Shown here one piece after another: positions 51,990-61,632 of a DNA stretch of 64,000 nt. Within the stretch, counting starts at the first letter, position 1. Each line of letters starts with the position of its first letter. The DNA is from a bacterium (GTDB taxonomy: Bacteria; Patescibacteriota; Microgenomatia; UBA1406; GWC2-37-13). A program made the position numbers and the translations under genes. The notes beneath the pieces were generated by a model. That model worked only from the letters and a program-made list of their open reading frames with translations. It did not search any database and had not been told where the DNA came from. Location: the NCBI GenBank assembly GCA_021789995.1, contig JAJYIQ010000003.1, positions 7,767-71,766 of the forward strand, written 5' to 3'.

Positions 51990-53432
51990 TTAGATTTTAG
52001 TCGTTGCTTCTGTCCGGTATTCGCGAATGACGGTGACTTTGATCTGTCCCGGAAAAACCTCGAATTTTTTCTCCAGCTCTTCCCTGATTTTTTCCGCCAT
52101 AATCGTCGCCTCATCATCGGTCACTTCTTCCGGCTTGACCAATACCCGTAGTTCCCGGCCGGCCTGTAAAGCATATGCTTCCCGGACGCCTTTTTGTGTT
52201 TTTGCGGCATCTTCGATGGTTTTTATTCTTTTCAGATATTCCTCAAAATCTTCATGCCGCGCTCCCGGCCGGCCGCCGGAGACGGCATCGGAAATGTAAA
52301 CGATCATCGATTCAACCGTCGGAAACGGAATATCTTCGTGGTGGGCGGCAATACAATCAACAACCGCCTGTGGAAAACGGTATTTTTTAGCCAACTCCAC
52401 TCCCAAATCGACATGTGAACCTTCCTTGTCGGAAATAACTTTCCCAATATCGTGAAGCAAACAACCCAATTTGACAACATTGACATCAGCTTTCAACTCA
52501 TGGGCCAGTGCCACGCCGATTCGCGTTTCCTCAAGTGTATGGGCAATCATATTCTGGCCATAAGAATAACGATATTTAAACCGTCCTAACAGTTTCGTAA
52601 TTTCCGTCGGAAGGTTAAAAATACCGACTTTGTGGCATAAATCCTCGCCGGCCCGGTAAATTTCTTTTTCGACATCTTCCCGGACTTTTTTAACGATTTC
52701 CTCAATCCGCTCCGGCTGGATTCGACCGTCTTTTATCAACCGCTCAAGCGATATCCGGGCAATTTCGCGCCGGACCGCATCAAAGCTGGATAAACGGATA
52801 ACTCCTTCCTCTTCCAAATCAACATCGACGCCGGTCGCCAGTTCAAACGCCCGGACATTACGGCCTTCCTTGCCGATAATCCGGCCTTTGTAATCCTCAT
52901 TAGGCAAATTGACGACCGACAACGTATATTCGGCCAGATAATCGGTGGCCCCATAGCGCATTGCATCAGCCAGTATTTGTTTTGCTTTTTCATCAGCTTT
53001 AGTCTTGGTTTCTTCCTCAGCCTGTTTGACTTTCTTGGCAATTTCCGCTTTCAGCTTATCCTCCCACCCGGCCAGCAACAGCTCCCGTGCTTGATCCTTA
53101 TTTAGTTGGGCAATTTTTTCCAGCTTAAGGAGAGTGGCCTCTTTTTTTTCTTCCAGCTCTTTCCGTAGCCGGTCAATCTGCTGGCGGGACTGTTCGAAGG
53201 AATTTTTTTCCCGGGAAAAACCGATATCCCGGTCTTCCAATTGCTGTTCCTTGCGGGCAAGCCGTTTTTCCAACTCGATCGCTTCGGTCATCGCCGACCG
53301 GGCTTCTTTTTCCGCTTCTTCGCGGATCCGCAACGCTTCTTCATTGGCTTTAAGAATAATTTCTTTTGCCTGCTGTCTTACTTCATCCTGTTTCTTGGAA
53401 GAGACAAACTTCCGGAAAAATTTTTGTAACAT
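51990..53432 (-). CDS. rny: ribonuclease Y
   Basis: Coiled-coil N-region, KH domain (GRIIGKEGRNVRAFE) and HD domain (LLHDIGKV...AAHHE). No N-terminal TM helix is seen in this ORF. Confidence 0.9.
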   Translation of the reverse strand: MLQKFFRKFVSSKKQDEVRQQAKEIILKANEEALRIREEAEKEARSAMTEAIELEKRLARKEQQLEDRDIGFSREKNSFEQSRQQIDRLRKELEEKKEATLLKLEKIAQLNKDQARELLLAGWEDKLKAEIAKKVKQAEEETKTKADEKAKQILADAMRYGATDYLAEYTLSVVNLPNEDYKGRIIGKEGRNVRAFELATGVDVDLEEEGVIRLSSFDAVRREIARISLERLIKDGRIQPERIEEIVKKVREDVEKEIYRAGEDLCHKVGIFNLPTEITKLLGRFKYRYSYGQNMIAHTLEETRIGVALAHELKADVNVVKLGCLLHDIGKVISDKEGSHVDLGVELAKKYRFPQAVVDCIAAHHEDIPFPTVESMIVYISDAVSGGRPGARHEDFEEYLKRIKTIEDAAKTQKGVREAYALQAGRELRVLVKPEEVTDDEATIMAEKIREELEKKFEVFPGQIKVTVIREYRTEATTKI

Positions 53433-53582
53433 AACAATAATATTGTGGCTTGAAAAGGAAGCTTAGTGCAATAGAAACGATTCGAACGATGAATAAGTCA
53501 TACTAAATGATTTTAACTTCTGTTATCCTTTCAAGCAATTGTTAACTCTCCTATTTTACCGCATTGGTAAAAAATCTGCAAA

Positions 53583-54056
53583 TTATTTCTCTTCCATCAA
53601 TCGGATGGTTTTTTTGATGATTTCAAAACCGAATCCCCGCCGCATAAGGTAAGCGGCGGCTTTTTGGAACCGGTCGCGGGGAAGAAGATTTTTAAAGCGG
53701 GACCAATGACGCTCGAGCGCTTTTAATGCCAACCCTTCTTCATTTTGCGGATGACCGGCAAAATATTCGTCAATTATTTCTTTGGAAATACCATGTTGCC
53801 GCAATTCTCTTCTTAAGACAAATTCGCTTTTTGGTTTTACCAGATTTCTTTGTTCGACAAACATACGGATGAATTCCCGGTCATTAAGCATCTCTAATTC
53901 CAGCAATTCTTTAATCGTTTTTTCGACGTCGTCGCGCGACCAGTGCCGTTTCTCAATTTTCTTGTAAAGATAATCCCGCATCTCTTTTACAGTACGAGGA
54001 CGGAATTTGAGATAGAAGTAAGCGTAGTTAAGAAGACCTTGTAAATCGTCTGTCAT
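53583..54056 (-). CDS. recX: recombination regulator RecX
   Basis: Three-helix repeat pattern ([23 protein letters not shown]...). It lies immediately downstream of recA with a 4-bp overlap. Confidence 0.8.
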   Translation of the reverse strand: MTDDLQGLLNYAYFYLKFRPRTVKEMRDYLYKKIEKRHWSRDDVEKTIKELLELEMLNDREFIRMFVEQRNLVKPKSEFVLRRELRQHGISKEIIDEYFAGHPQNEEGLALKALERHWSRFKNLLPRDRFQKAAAYLMRRGFGFEIIKKTIRLMEEK

Positions 54057-55057
54057 TTTTTGGCGGCTACTTTATCCATGACCTCCTTAGCGATATGGTG
54101 TTTCAGTTTTTCGTCCTTCTCCAGCATCTCCTTGACGGTATCTTTTCCCTGCCCAAGCATCTTGTCGCCCATTTTCAGGAAAGAACCGCTTTTGGTGATT
54201 ATGCCGGCGCCAATAGCCGCTTCGATGAGACTTTCTGCCTGATCAATACCGGTAGCGGTGATAACGATTTCCGCATCCTTGAAGGGTGGCGCTACTTTGT
54301 TTTTGACGATCCGGATCCGGGCGCGGGTGCCATAAACCTGATTGTCTTTTTTGAGCGTTTCGATCTTGCGGACATCCATCCTGACCGAGGCGTAAAATTT
54401 GAGCGCCAAACCGCCGGGTGTCGTTTCCGGATTACCGAACATAATGCCGATTTTTAACCGTAGCTGGTTGGTGAAAACAATCGTTGTTTTCGATTTTGAC
54501 AACACACCGGTTAATTTCCGCAGCGCCTGCGACATAAGCCGCGCCTGGACGCCCATTGACGAATCACCCATTTCTCCTTCGATTTCGCTGCGGGGAACCA
54601 AAGCGGCCACCGAATCGACAACGACCAGATCGACGCCGCCGGAGCGTATCAGCGCTTCGGTAATCTCCAACGCCTGTTCGCCGGTATCCGGTTGGGACAC
54701 CAGAAGATTATCGATATCAACCCCCATTATTTTCGCCCATGACGGATCAAAGGCATGTTCGGCGTCGATAAAAGCAGCAACGCCGCCGGCTTTTTGCGTT
54801 TCCGCAATAACCGACAAACACAGGGTGGTTTTTCCCGAAGATTCCGGCCCGAAAATTTCAATTACCCGGCCTTTGGGAATGCCACCGATGCCAAGAGCGA
54901 TATCCAAAGGAAGAATGCCGGTTTTAATGACTTCCATCGCTACATGGGGAGTTTCTCCCAAACGCATAATCGATCCCCGGCCAAACTGTTTCTGAATCTG
55001 CTCAATCGCGAGAGTAACCGCTTGTTTTTTCAGGTCTTTTTCGTCGTTAGTTTTCAT
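54053..55057 (-). CDS. recA: recombinase RecA
   Basis: [17 protein letters not shown], Walker [20 protein letters not shown] and FTNQLR. Confidence 0.95.
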   Translation of the reverse strand: MKTNDEKDLKKQAVTLAIEQIQKQFGRGSIMRLGETPHVAMEVIKTGILPLDIALGIGGIPKGRVIEIFGPESSGKTTLCLSVIAETQKAGGVAAFIDAEHAFDPSWAKIMGVDIDNLLVSQPDTGEQALEITEALIRSGGVDLVVVDSVAALVPRSEIEGEMGDSSMGVQARLMSQALRKLTGVLSKSKTTIVFTNQLRLKIGIMFGNPETTPGGLALKFYASVRMDVRKIETLKKDNQVYGTRARIRIVKNKVAPPFKDAEIVITATGIDQAESLIEAAIGAGIITKSGSFLKMGDKMLGQGKDTVKEMLEKDEKLKHHIAKEVMDKVAAKK

Positions 55058-55123
55058 AAAACACTTAATAATTTGTAAAAAAGTAAGTATTGTATTTTAT
55101 CACAAATCAAGGCTGATTTCACT

Positions 55124-56047
55124 TTAAAAAACATAAATTAACGAAACAATAAACAATCCCCACAAAAGCACGGTAATAATCAGCGGGACATCGGACGTGA
55201 TCAGTTTTTCCGGCTGCTCCCCTTCGGCTTTTTCATAAAGAAGCTGGGCATAACGGGCAATACCATAGACGACAAACGGAATAGTAATCATCATCCATTT
55301 GCGCGCTTCGAAAGTCGGAAACAGATCGGTCGTAAAAAAAGTAGATACAAGATTGCTGCTTTGGGTCGGCTTTTCCGCATAAGTATATGTCGCATAGGCA
55401 ATAATAGTCGCCGTCGCAAACGTGTTGGTCAAAAAATCCAGAAGATGTTCTTTATACCGGTAAAGCGATTCCCGCGTTTCCTGGCCGTGGACGACGAGTT
55501 CGGCGTGTCTTTTGACCGCCGCCATAAATAAAGAAAGAAAAAAGATGGTAAAAAGCAACCAGATCGGGATGTGGAAACCGGAAACGACTTCGCCGGCCAG
55601 GGCCCGAATCATAAAGGAAAAAGAAATGGCAAAAATATCGATCACTGGAAATTTTTTCAAGTAAAGGGAATAGAAAAAATGAAGCAGAATAAAAAGCAAA
55701 CTCATGAAAAAAAATGGCACGGAAAAAAATAACGACAGGATGAGCGAAAGCAAGGAGAGGATAAAAACGATGAATGTCGCTTCGGGAATACTGATGGCGC
55801 CGGAGGCGATCGGCCGGTGCTTTTTGACAGGGTGTTTCCGGTCATAAGGAAAATCGATAATGTCGTTTAAGACGTAAGAGCTTGACGATAACAAACAAAA
55901 GACAAAAAAAGCATACAATGTCGGCAAAAAAACATTCGGATCAAACAATTCACCCGAAAAAATAATCGCCGTAAAAACGATGAAATTTTTGATCCATTGA
56001 TTGACGCGCAGTGCCCTGAGAAGATTTCTCACCCGATCATTTTTCAT
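55124..56047 (-). CDS. UbiA-family prenyltransferase (decaprenyl-phosphate phosphoribosyltransferase-like)
   Basis: NDIIDFPYDRKHPVKKHRPIASG (NDxxDxxxD motif) and about 8 TM helices. Confidence 0.75.
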   Translation of the reverse strand: MKNDRVRNLLRALRVNQWIKNFIVFTAIIFSGELFDPNVFLPTLYAFFVFCLLSSSSYVLNDIIDFPYDRKHPVKKHRPIASGAISIPEATFIVFILSLLSLILSLFFSVPFFFMSLLFILLHFFYSLYLKKFPVIDIFAISFSFMIRALAGEVVSGFHIPIWLLFTIFFLSLFMAAVKRHAELVVHGQETRESLYRYKEHLLDFLTNTFATATIIAYATYTYAEKPTQSSNLVSTFFTTDLFPTFEARKWMMITIPFVVYGIARYAQLLYEKAEGEQPEKLITSDVPLIITVLLWGLFIVSLIYVF

Positions 56048-56078
56048 TTATGGTAAATTATAATATAATCATTAAGCT

Positions 56079-56507
56079 ATGACAAACTTTTCCACTGTCC
56101 CCTTTCAAAAAAGAGTTGAAAAACCGTGGGGATATGAAATTCACTGGACACCGGACAATCTTCCATATATGGGAAAAGTCTTGCACATTGACGCCGGCAA
56201 ACGATTATCTTTGCAACGACATGATAAAAAACAGGAAACATGGTATATCTTAAACGGCCGGGCAAAAGTAATTTGGGACAATCAAATTGGCGAATTGACT
56301 GAAACTGAACTGGAACCGGGCAAAGGTTACACCTGCATGATCGGGCAGCGGCATCGGCTGATGGGCATTACTGATTGCGATATCGCTGAAGTCTCCACTC
56401 CGGAAATCGGGACGACCGAACGATTGGAAGACGATTATCATCGCCCGGACGAAACACAAACGGTCAGAAATTCTCCCAACCGCGGCTGGGATAAAAGACA
56501 ACCATGA
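56079..56507 (+). CDS. cupin-domain protein (type II phosphomannose isomerase-like)
   Basis: KPWGYEIHWT...GKVLHIDAGKRLSLQRHDKKQETWYILNGRAKV is a cupin motif. Confidence 0.7.
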   Translation: MTNFSTVPFQKRVEKPWGYEIHWTPDNLPYMGKVLHIDAGKRLSLQRHDKKQETWYILNGRAKVIWDNQIGELTETELEPGKGYTCMIGQRHRLMGITDCDIAEVSTPEIGTTERLEDDYHRPDETQTVRNSPNRGWDKRQP

Positions 56508-57778
56508 AACTGACTTTTTTCAATACTTGTCAATTGCCAAATAGCGACATTGAAAAAACCGCCAGAACGCTTCTCCCCTATCTTAAGCATCTACAAATGA
56601 TGACGGATAAAAATAATTACGATTTTGATGAAAGCTCCATCAATCTTCCGTTTGACGAAAAATCGGCCGGTGAAGTAAAAAAATTGGTTAACAAATTGAA
56701 AACGGAAAAATTAAAATACATTGTCGATATCGGTATCGGCGGCTCCAATTTGGGAACAAAAGCGGTTTACGATGCGTTATTTGGTTATTTTGACATTATC
56801 CAGCCGAACCGGTATCCCAAAATGATTTTTTTAGATACTAACGATCCGGAATTTATTACCCGGCTGGTAAAACTGTTGAAAGGAATAAAGTTGCCGGAGG
56901 AAATTGTCATTAACGCGATCAGCAAATCGGGCGGGACAACCGAAACCATTACCAATCTGGAGATTGTATTGGCGTCAGTAGATAAAACGATAGCTAATGC
57001 ACGGCTGGTGGTGACCTCCGATAAAGGATCGAGTTTTTGGAATTTGGCAACAGAAAAAAACATTCCCTGCCTGGAAATTCCCAAAATGGTCGGCGGCCGC
57101 TATTCGGTACTTTCTCCGGTTGGACTGTTTCCGTTGATGATGGCCGGTTTGGATGTCGATAGCGTGCTGGCCGGTGCCCGCTCAATGAGAAATGAGTGTT
57201 TGTCAGAATCGGTGTTGGCTAATCCGGCCTTGATTTCGGCAACGATACTGTTTCTTCACAACACCAAAGGAATCAATATCAATGACAATTTCTTTTTCCA
57301 TCCCGAACTGGAATCGGTCGGCAAATGGTACCGGCAGCTCATGGGGGAAAGCATCGGCAAAGACGGAAAAGGCATTACTCCCACCGTTTCCATCGGCTCG
57401 ACCGACCTCCATTCGGTCGGACAACTTTATTTCGGCGGGCCGAAAGACAAGGTAACGACGATTATCAGCGCGCCATCGCCCGAAACAATCGCTGTTTCCG
57501 GTAACATGATGTTTCCGCTGGTTGCCCATGTCGAAGGTAAAAAATTTGCCACCGTTATAGATGCTATCTGCCAAGGTGTCGCCGCCACATACAACAATCT
57601 GAAATTGCCCTATATGAAGGTTGTCCTTGATGATTTGTCGGAAAAATCGCTTGGCGAATTTTTACAGTTTAAAATGATTGAAATGATGTTTTTGGGAAAA
57701 CTTTTGGGAATAAACGCTTTCAACCAACCGCACGTTGAACTTTACAAAGTAGAAACGAAAAAAATTTTAAGCCAATAG
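56504..57778 (+). CDS. pgi: glucose-6-phosphate isomerase
   Basis: DIGIGGSNLGTKAVYDAL, SKSGGTTET, GGRYSVLSPVGL and GINAFNQPHVE. Confidence 0.85.
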   Translation: MKLTFFNTCQLPNSDIEKTARTLLPYLKHLQMMTDKNNYDFDESSINLPFDEKSAGEVKKLVNKLKTEKLKYIVDIGIGGSNLGTKAVYDALFGYFDIIQPNRYPKMIFLDTNDPEFITRLVKLLKGIKLPEEIVINAISKSGGTTETITNLEIVLASVDKTIANARLVVTSDKGSSFWNLATEKNIPCLEIPKMVGGRYSVLSPVGLFPLMMAGLDVDSVLAGARSMRNECLSESVLANPALISATILFLHNTKGININDNFFFHPELESVGKWYRQLMGESIGKDGKGITPTVSIGSTDLHSVGQLYFGGPKDKVTTIISAPSPETIAVSGNMMFPLVAHVEGKKFATVIDAICQGVAATYNNLKLPYMKVVLDDLSEKSLGEFLQFKMIEMMFLGKLLGINAFNQPHVELYKVETKKILSQ

Positions 57779-57862
57779 ATAGATGAGCTGATTTACTCCA
57801 TCCACCCTAATTATAAATGGCCTTGTTACAAGCTCTTCATCATAAATTAGCAAGAACAATTG

Positions 57863-59170
57863 TTATAAAAACCGGCTGACTTCTTTCCCCAACTTCACCG
57901 CATAGTTGGTACCGCGGTCGTAAGGATATGTCATGTCGAGGTTGGCAATATAAAAATTCTTGACTGGTGTGATAAAATTCGGTTTGCTTTTTAAGAAAGT
58001 TTTGTCAAATATCGGCTGCGCCCACGGCGCCTTAAATAGAAACGAATTGAGAATTGGTCCGCCGGCTGGCGGATGGAAATTGAAAATTTTCCTCAGGTGT
58101 GGTTTAACGAAATTAACAACCTCCTCTTTATCCATCTTTAACAATGGACTGTTGTTATCTACGTACCACCCGACATAAGTCAAATGATGATTTCCATAAT
58201 GTTTCTTGTCCATAAAGTTTGTGTGCTGGACAATCGCCATCATGGGAATTTTTTCATCGGTGACGTTCAACCAGTATGTTTTTTCCAGAATCGGTTTTTC
58301 CGTTTCCAATATCAATGTCACCGCGTGCAGAAATTTTATTTGATTCAATCGCTTAACGTAACCGGACGGCAAAACATCCTCCCCTATTTTAGTAATAACT
58401 GGGGTAGGTAACGTAGAAATAATAACGTCAAATGTCTCTGTTTTATTTGAACTTTGAATTTTAAACTTTGAGCTTTTAATTATCTTGTCTACACCACTCC
58501 CCTTCCTAATATCGATTCCTAACGACGTATTTTTTTTCTCCAGGTAATTAATTAGTGTTTGAAACCCTCCTTCCGCATATCCCAGCGTTTTGGTTCTTTT
58601 TTTGATCCGTGCCCAGATAAAAGCGGCTAAAATATTTTCCGCATATTTCCCGAACTTTTTCCGAAAAAGCCCTTGCCACAAGATTTCCCACCCCTCTTTT
58701 CCCATCGTTTTCGTTAAAAAATCCTGCGCTGTCTGCCGTTCGTAAACGGATAAAAACGGCGACAGTTTTAAAAAAGCGAGTATTGCCCCGGCCCGGAATT
58801 TCACCGGCCAGCTTAAAATCGGCAGTCTTAAGAAATCTTGCGGAGTATCTACGGGAAAAGCCTGCCTGCCGGCAGGCAGGTGCGGGAATCTTTCGGGAAT
58901 TATGCGGTAATAAGAAGCGGTTACCGGCTCTTTGAATATGAAGCGGTCAAAGCCTACTTCTTCGACAAACGATAATATGTCACTGTCACTGGTAAAAATA
59001 TGATGGTATGTCCGCTCCAGATACCAATCCCAGTTTATCACTCTAAATCCGGCAGCCAGCCCGCCAAGAACAGTTTCTTTCTCAAAAACGGTGACGAGGT
59101 GACCTTTTTTCTGAAGATAATAAGCGGCGGTCAGGCCGGTAAACCCGCCACCCAAAACAGCGATTTTCAT
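57863..59170 (-). CDS. FAD-dependent oxidoreductase (amine-oxidase/protoporphyrinogen-oxidase fold)
   Basis: Start moved to MKIAVLGGGFTGLTAAYYL...VFEKETVLGGLA (GxGxxG dinucleotide fold). The ORF carries three insertion-like tracts, described in the findings. Confidence 0.7.
   Translation of the reverse strand: MKIAVLGGGFTGLTAAYYLQKKGHLVTVFEKETVLGGLAAGFRVINWDWYLERTYHHIFTSDSDILSFVEEVGFDRFIFKEPVTASYYRIIPERFPHLPAGRQAFPVDTPQDFLRLPILSWPVKFRAGAILAFLKLSPFLSVYERQTAQDFLTKTMGKEGWEILWQGLFRKKFGKYAENILAAFIWARIKKRTKTLGYAEGGFQTLINYLEKKNTSLGIDIRKGSGVDKIIKSSKFKIQSSNKTETFDVIISTLPTPVITKIGEDVLPSGYVKRLNQIKFLHAVTLILETEKPILEKTYWLNVTDEKIPMMAIVQHTNFMDKKHYGNHHLTYVGWYVDNNSPLLKMDKEEVVNFVKPHLRKIFNFHPPAGGPILNSFLFKAPWAQPIFDKTFLKSKPNFITPVKNFYIANLDMTYPYDRGTNYAVKLGKEVSRFL
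58058..58073. repeat. GC palindrome TCCGCCGGCTGGCGGA inside the oxidoreductase ORF
   Basis: It shares the TCCGCC/GGCGGA arms (6-bp inverted repeat, 4-nt centre GGCT) and differs by 1 nt from the D-loop palindrome at 18141-18156. It encodes PPAGGP in frame. Confidence 0.85.
58445..58479. repeat. 5 x 7-bp AT-rich tandem heptamer (NTTTGAA-like) inside the oxidoreductase ORF
   Basis: atttgaa ctttgaa ttttaaa ctttgag cttttaa. It encodes SSKFKIQSSN on the minus strand. Confidence 0.75.
58861..58880. repeat. perfect 20-bp GC palindrome CCTGCCTGCCGGCAGGCAGG inside the oxidoreductase ORF
   Basis: The sequence is its own reverse complement. It encodes HLPAGRQA in frame and is embedded in AT-rich coding sequence. 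Confidence 0.85.
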
Positions 59171-59287
59171 TAAGCTATTATATATAATATACATTATATA
59201 TAGCGTCCCTTTCCACTTTATCCCTGTCTATATTTAAAACGATTTGGTTAAGGTTTAATAAATAATCCCCGCAGAATTAACGCAGAT

Positions 59288-60271
59288 TTACCGTATTTTT
59301 CTTTCCCGAAGAATTTCAATCAGTATCGTACCGACAAACAGGGTGGTTGGAACCGACAAAAGCACCCCCATGACACCGGCCAGTGTGCCACCGATAATTA
59401 ACGCCATAAGAGTGATTAACGGACTGAGACCGACCGCTTTGCGCATTACTAAAGGAACAATAATGTGGTTTTCCAAAAGTTGGATAACGATATAAAGCGC
59501 AATTGTTGACAATCCCAAAACATACGACTGGGAAATACCGATTAAAAAAGCGGGCACCCACGATAAAATCGGTCCGATATTGGGCACTACTTCCAACAAA
59601 CCGGCCAATACGGCCAAGGCCAGTGTGTAACGTATATTAATGGCGGTTAGGCCGATAAACGACATAATGCCGATCGTCAGCATAAGTGCCGCTTGCCCCC
59701 AAAACCAGGAATTCATCCGTTTTTCCGCCCGATCGAAAATAAGAACAACCCACCGTGTTTCTTTATCGTCAAGTATCTTTTGACTGATCCTGGCCACCAC
59801 GTTTTCTTCCATTAACAGATAAAAACTAAAAACTAATGTAGTCAGCAAAAAAACGGTATTGGAAAAAATTTTCTGCAGGACATCAACAAGCTGGGTAGTG
59901 ACATTCGGCAAATACTGGGTCAGAGAATTGAGACTGACATAGGGCGGTAATTTTGGTAATGTCATCTGGATAATGGCCGGAAGGCTTTTAAAAAGATTGG
60001 TGCTTTCAATGAGAAGCGGGGGAATAATCAAAATCAAAATACTAATAATTATTGCCAAAAAAATCAAATAAATAACGATTATTGACAATGACCGCGGAAA
60101 GCGTTTTTTTACCAGGTAATTTACGGCTGGCCGAAGGGCGGAAACGATAATAAAAGCAATAAACAAAGAAAAAATCAGGTCTTTTACCAACAGAAGAAAC
60201 TGTAAAAACAGAATAAACAATATGGTAAAAACAATTGTCCGCCAGGAAATTTCAATCCGTGAAGTTGACAT
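59288..60271 (-). CDS. AI-2E family transporter (UPF0118/PerM-like)
   Basis: Eight TM helices. The C-terminal block LEVVPNIGPILSWVPA...IVIQLLENHIIVPLVM is typical of the family. Confidence 0.75.
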   Translation of the reverse strand: MSTSRIEISWRTIVFTILFILFLQFLLLVKDLIFSLFIAFIIVSALRPAVNYLVKKRFPRSLSIIVIYLIFLAIIISILILIIPPLLIESTNLFKSLPAIIQMTLPKLPPYVSLNSLTQYLPNVTTQLVDVLQKIFSNTVFLLTTLVFSFYLLMEENVVARISQKILDDKETRWVVLIFDRAEKRMNSWFWGQAALMLTIGIMSFIGLTAINIRYTLALAVLAGLLEVVPNIGPILSWVPAFLIGISQSYVLGLSTIALYIVIQLLENHIIVPLVMRKAVGLSPLITLMALIIGGTLAGVMGVLLSVPTTLFVGTILIEILRERKIR

Positions 60272-60286
60272 AATGATCTTATTATA

Positions 60287-60967
60287 TCACCCTCTGGCCA
60301 CGACAAGAGCATAAACCGCTTTTGCCCCCGCTTGTTTTAATGCCCGGGCCGCTTCCTTTATGGTGGCGCCGGTCGTCGCCACATCATCAATTAAAATAAT
60401 TTTTTTGCCCTGAACCGGCGTCGTTACCTTAAACGCGCCGATGATGTTGTGGTAACGATTTTTGCCTGTTTTCAGTTGTGCCTGGGCCGCTGTCGCCCTG
60501 ATTCTTTTTAAAAAATCCGCCAGCGGGTAACCGGTATAATTTTGAAAAAAACAAGCGATTAATCGGGCCTGATTGAAGCCTCTTTCTTTTAAACGGCTCG
60601 GGTGAAGAGGAATCGGCTGCAAAAAAAATTCTGTCGACAACGACCGAAAACGGGAAATTTTATGGAGACTTTCCGGCTTTATAATACGACAAAAATCATT
60701 CCAGACATCGGTAGCTAACCGGTACTTGATACTTTTAATGACTTTTTTCAAAAAATCGTCATAGTAAAAAATACTTACCAAACCATCAAGTCGACTGGTT
60801 TTTTGACAACCCGGATGGGTTAGTCCGAAAAAACTGGGTCGGTTACAATAAGGACAAACGTCTTTTTCAACCGGCTTTAACTTTTTCAAACATTTAGGGC
60901 ATATATATATGCCCAGATACCCGCAACCGAGGCAAAATTTCGGAAAAAGGATGTCTTTCAAAAACAT
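60287..60967 (-). CDS. comF: ComF-family phosphoribosyltransferase-like protein
   Basis: N-terminal double CxxC zinc finger (CLGCG...CPKC, CPYC) and a PRT motif (IILIDDVATTGATI). Confidence 0.8.
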   Translation of the reverse strand: MFLKDILFPKFCLGCGYLGIYICPKCLKKLKPVEKDVCPYCNRPSFFGLTHPGCQKTSRLDGLVSIFYYDDFLKKVIKSIKYRLATDVWNDFCRIIKPESLHKISRFRSLSTEFFLQPIPLHPSRLKERGFNQARLIACFFQNYTGYPLADFLKRIRATAAQAQLKTGKNRYHNIIGAFKVTTPVQGKKIILIDDVATTGATIKEAARALKQAGAKAVYALVVARG

Positions 60968-60970
60968 ATC

Positions 60971-61004
60971 GTTATAACGGTTATAACCATTATAACGTTT
61001 ATAT
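60971..61004. promoter_or_regulatory. 3 x 9-bp repeat of the palindromic core TTATAAC upstream of nrdR (candidate NrdR-type operator)
   Basis: GTTATAACG GTTATAACC ATTATAACG TTTATAT. A 24-nt stretch TTATAACCATTATAACGTTTATAT recurs, nearly identical, at 61611-61632. Confidence 0.4.
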
Positions 61005-61160
61005 TCCGTTCAAATAAATTAAAACATTTGAAGAGGAGGTAAACATCGGGTAATAATTTCATAAGGGTTGAAGCTAAAAAAATCACTGATATATTTTGAT
61101 AGTATTTTGACCTCTTGCAAACCCAGGAGTAGTGGTATAAATTTTAAAGAGACACAAGAT

Positions 61161-61607
61161 ATGTTCTGTCCTTTTTGCAAACATACGGATACGGAAGTTA
61201 TCGAAACCCGATTGTCTGAAGACGAAACGGTCATCAGACGCCGGCGGCAATGCCCGAAATGCGAGAAACGGTTTACAACATACGAGCGGATAGAGGAACT
61301 ACCAATCCTGGTCATCAAACGGGATGGCCGGCGCGAACGGTTTAGCCGGGAAAAATTACGCGAAGGCGTTATGAAAGCGTGTGAGAAAACAGCGGTTACC
61401 GCCGACCAAATAGAAATGATAACCAATAGTATTGAAAGCGATTTAAAACAGCGGGATAATACCGAGGTGGAGAGTGGCGTCATCGGCAATTTAGTGGCGA
61501 AATATCTGAAAAAAATTGATAAAATTGCCTATATTCGTTTTGCCAGCGTGTTCCGGCGGTTTGTCGACTTGGAGGATTTTGAAAAGGAGCTGAAAAAATT
61601 ATTATAA
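61161..61607 (+). CDS. nrdR: transcriptional repressor NrdR
   Basis: Start moved to MFCPFCKHTDTEVIETR...RRRQCPKCEKRFTTYE (zinc ribbon), followed by an ATP-cone. Confidence 0.9.
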   Translation: MFCPFCKHTDTEVIETRLSEDETVIRRRRQCPKCEKRFTTYERIEELPILVIKRDGRRERFSREKLREGVMKACEKTAVTADQIEMITNSIESDLKQRDNTEVESGVIGNLVAKYLKKIDKIAYIRFASVFRRFVDLEDFEKELKKLL

Positions 61608-61610
61608 AAT

Positions 61611-61632
61611 TTATAACCATTAGAACCGTTAT
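61611..61632. promoter_or_regulatory. second copy of the TTATAACCATTAGAACCGTTATA motif, directly upstream of nrdJ
   Basis: It shares 22 of 24 positions (one substitution, one 1-nt indel) with 60981-61004 and ends 1 nt before the nrdJ ATG. Confidence 0.4.

Noticed and set aside
54399-55078. 198-aa and 107-aa ORFs antisense to recA
   Set aside because: The recA frame is unambiguous. The antisense products are Pro/Ser/Arg-rich with no motif.
60897-60914. Perfect 18-bp palindrome GGGCATATATATATGCCC inside comF
   Set aside because: It encodes part of the zinc-finger region (LGIYICPKC). With a single occurrence I cannot separate it from coding constraint plus an AT-dinucleotide run.
61019-61489. 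156-aa ORF antisense to nrdR
   Set aside because: The nrdR frame has the zinc ribbon and ATP-cone. The antisense frame has no features.
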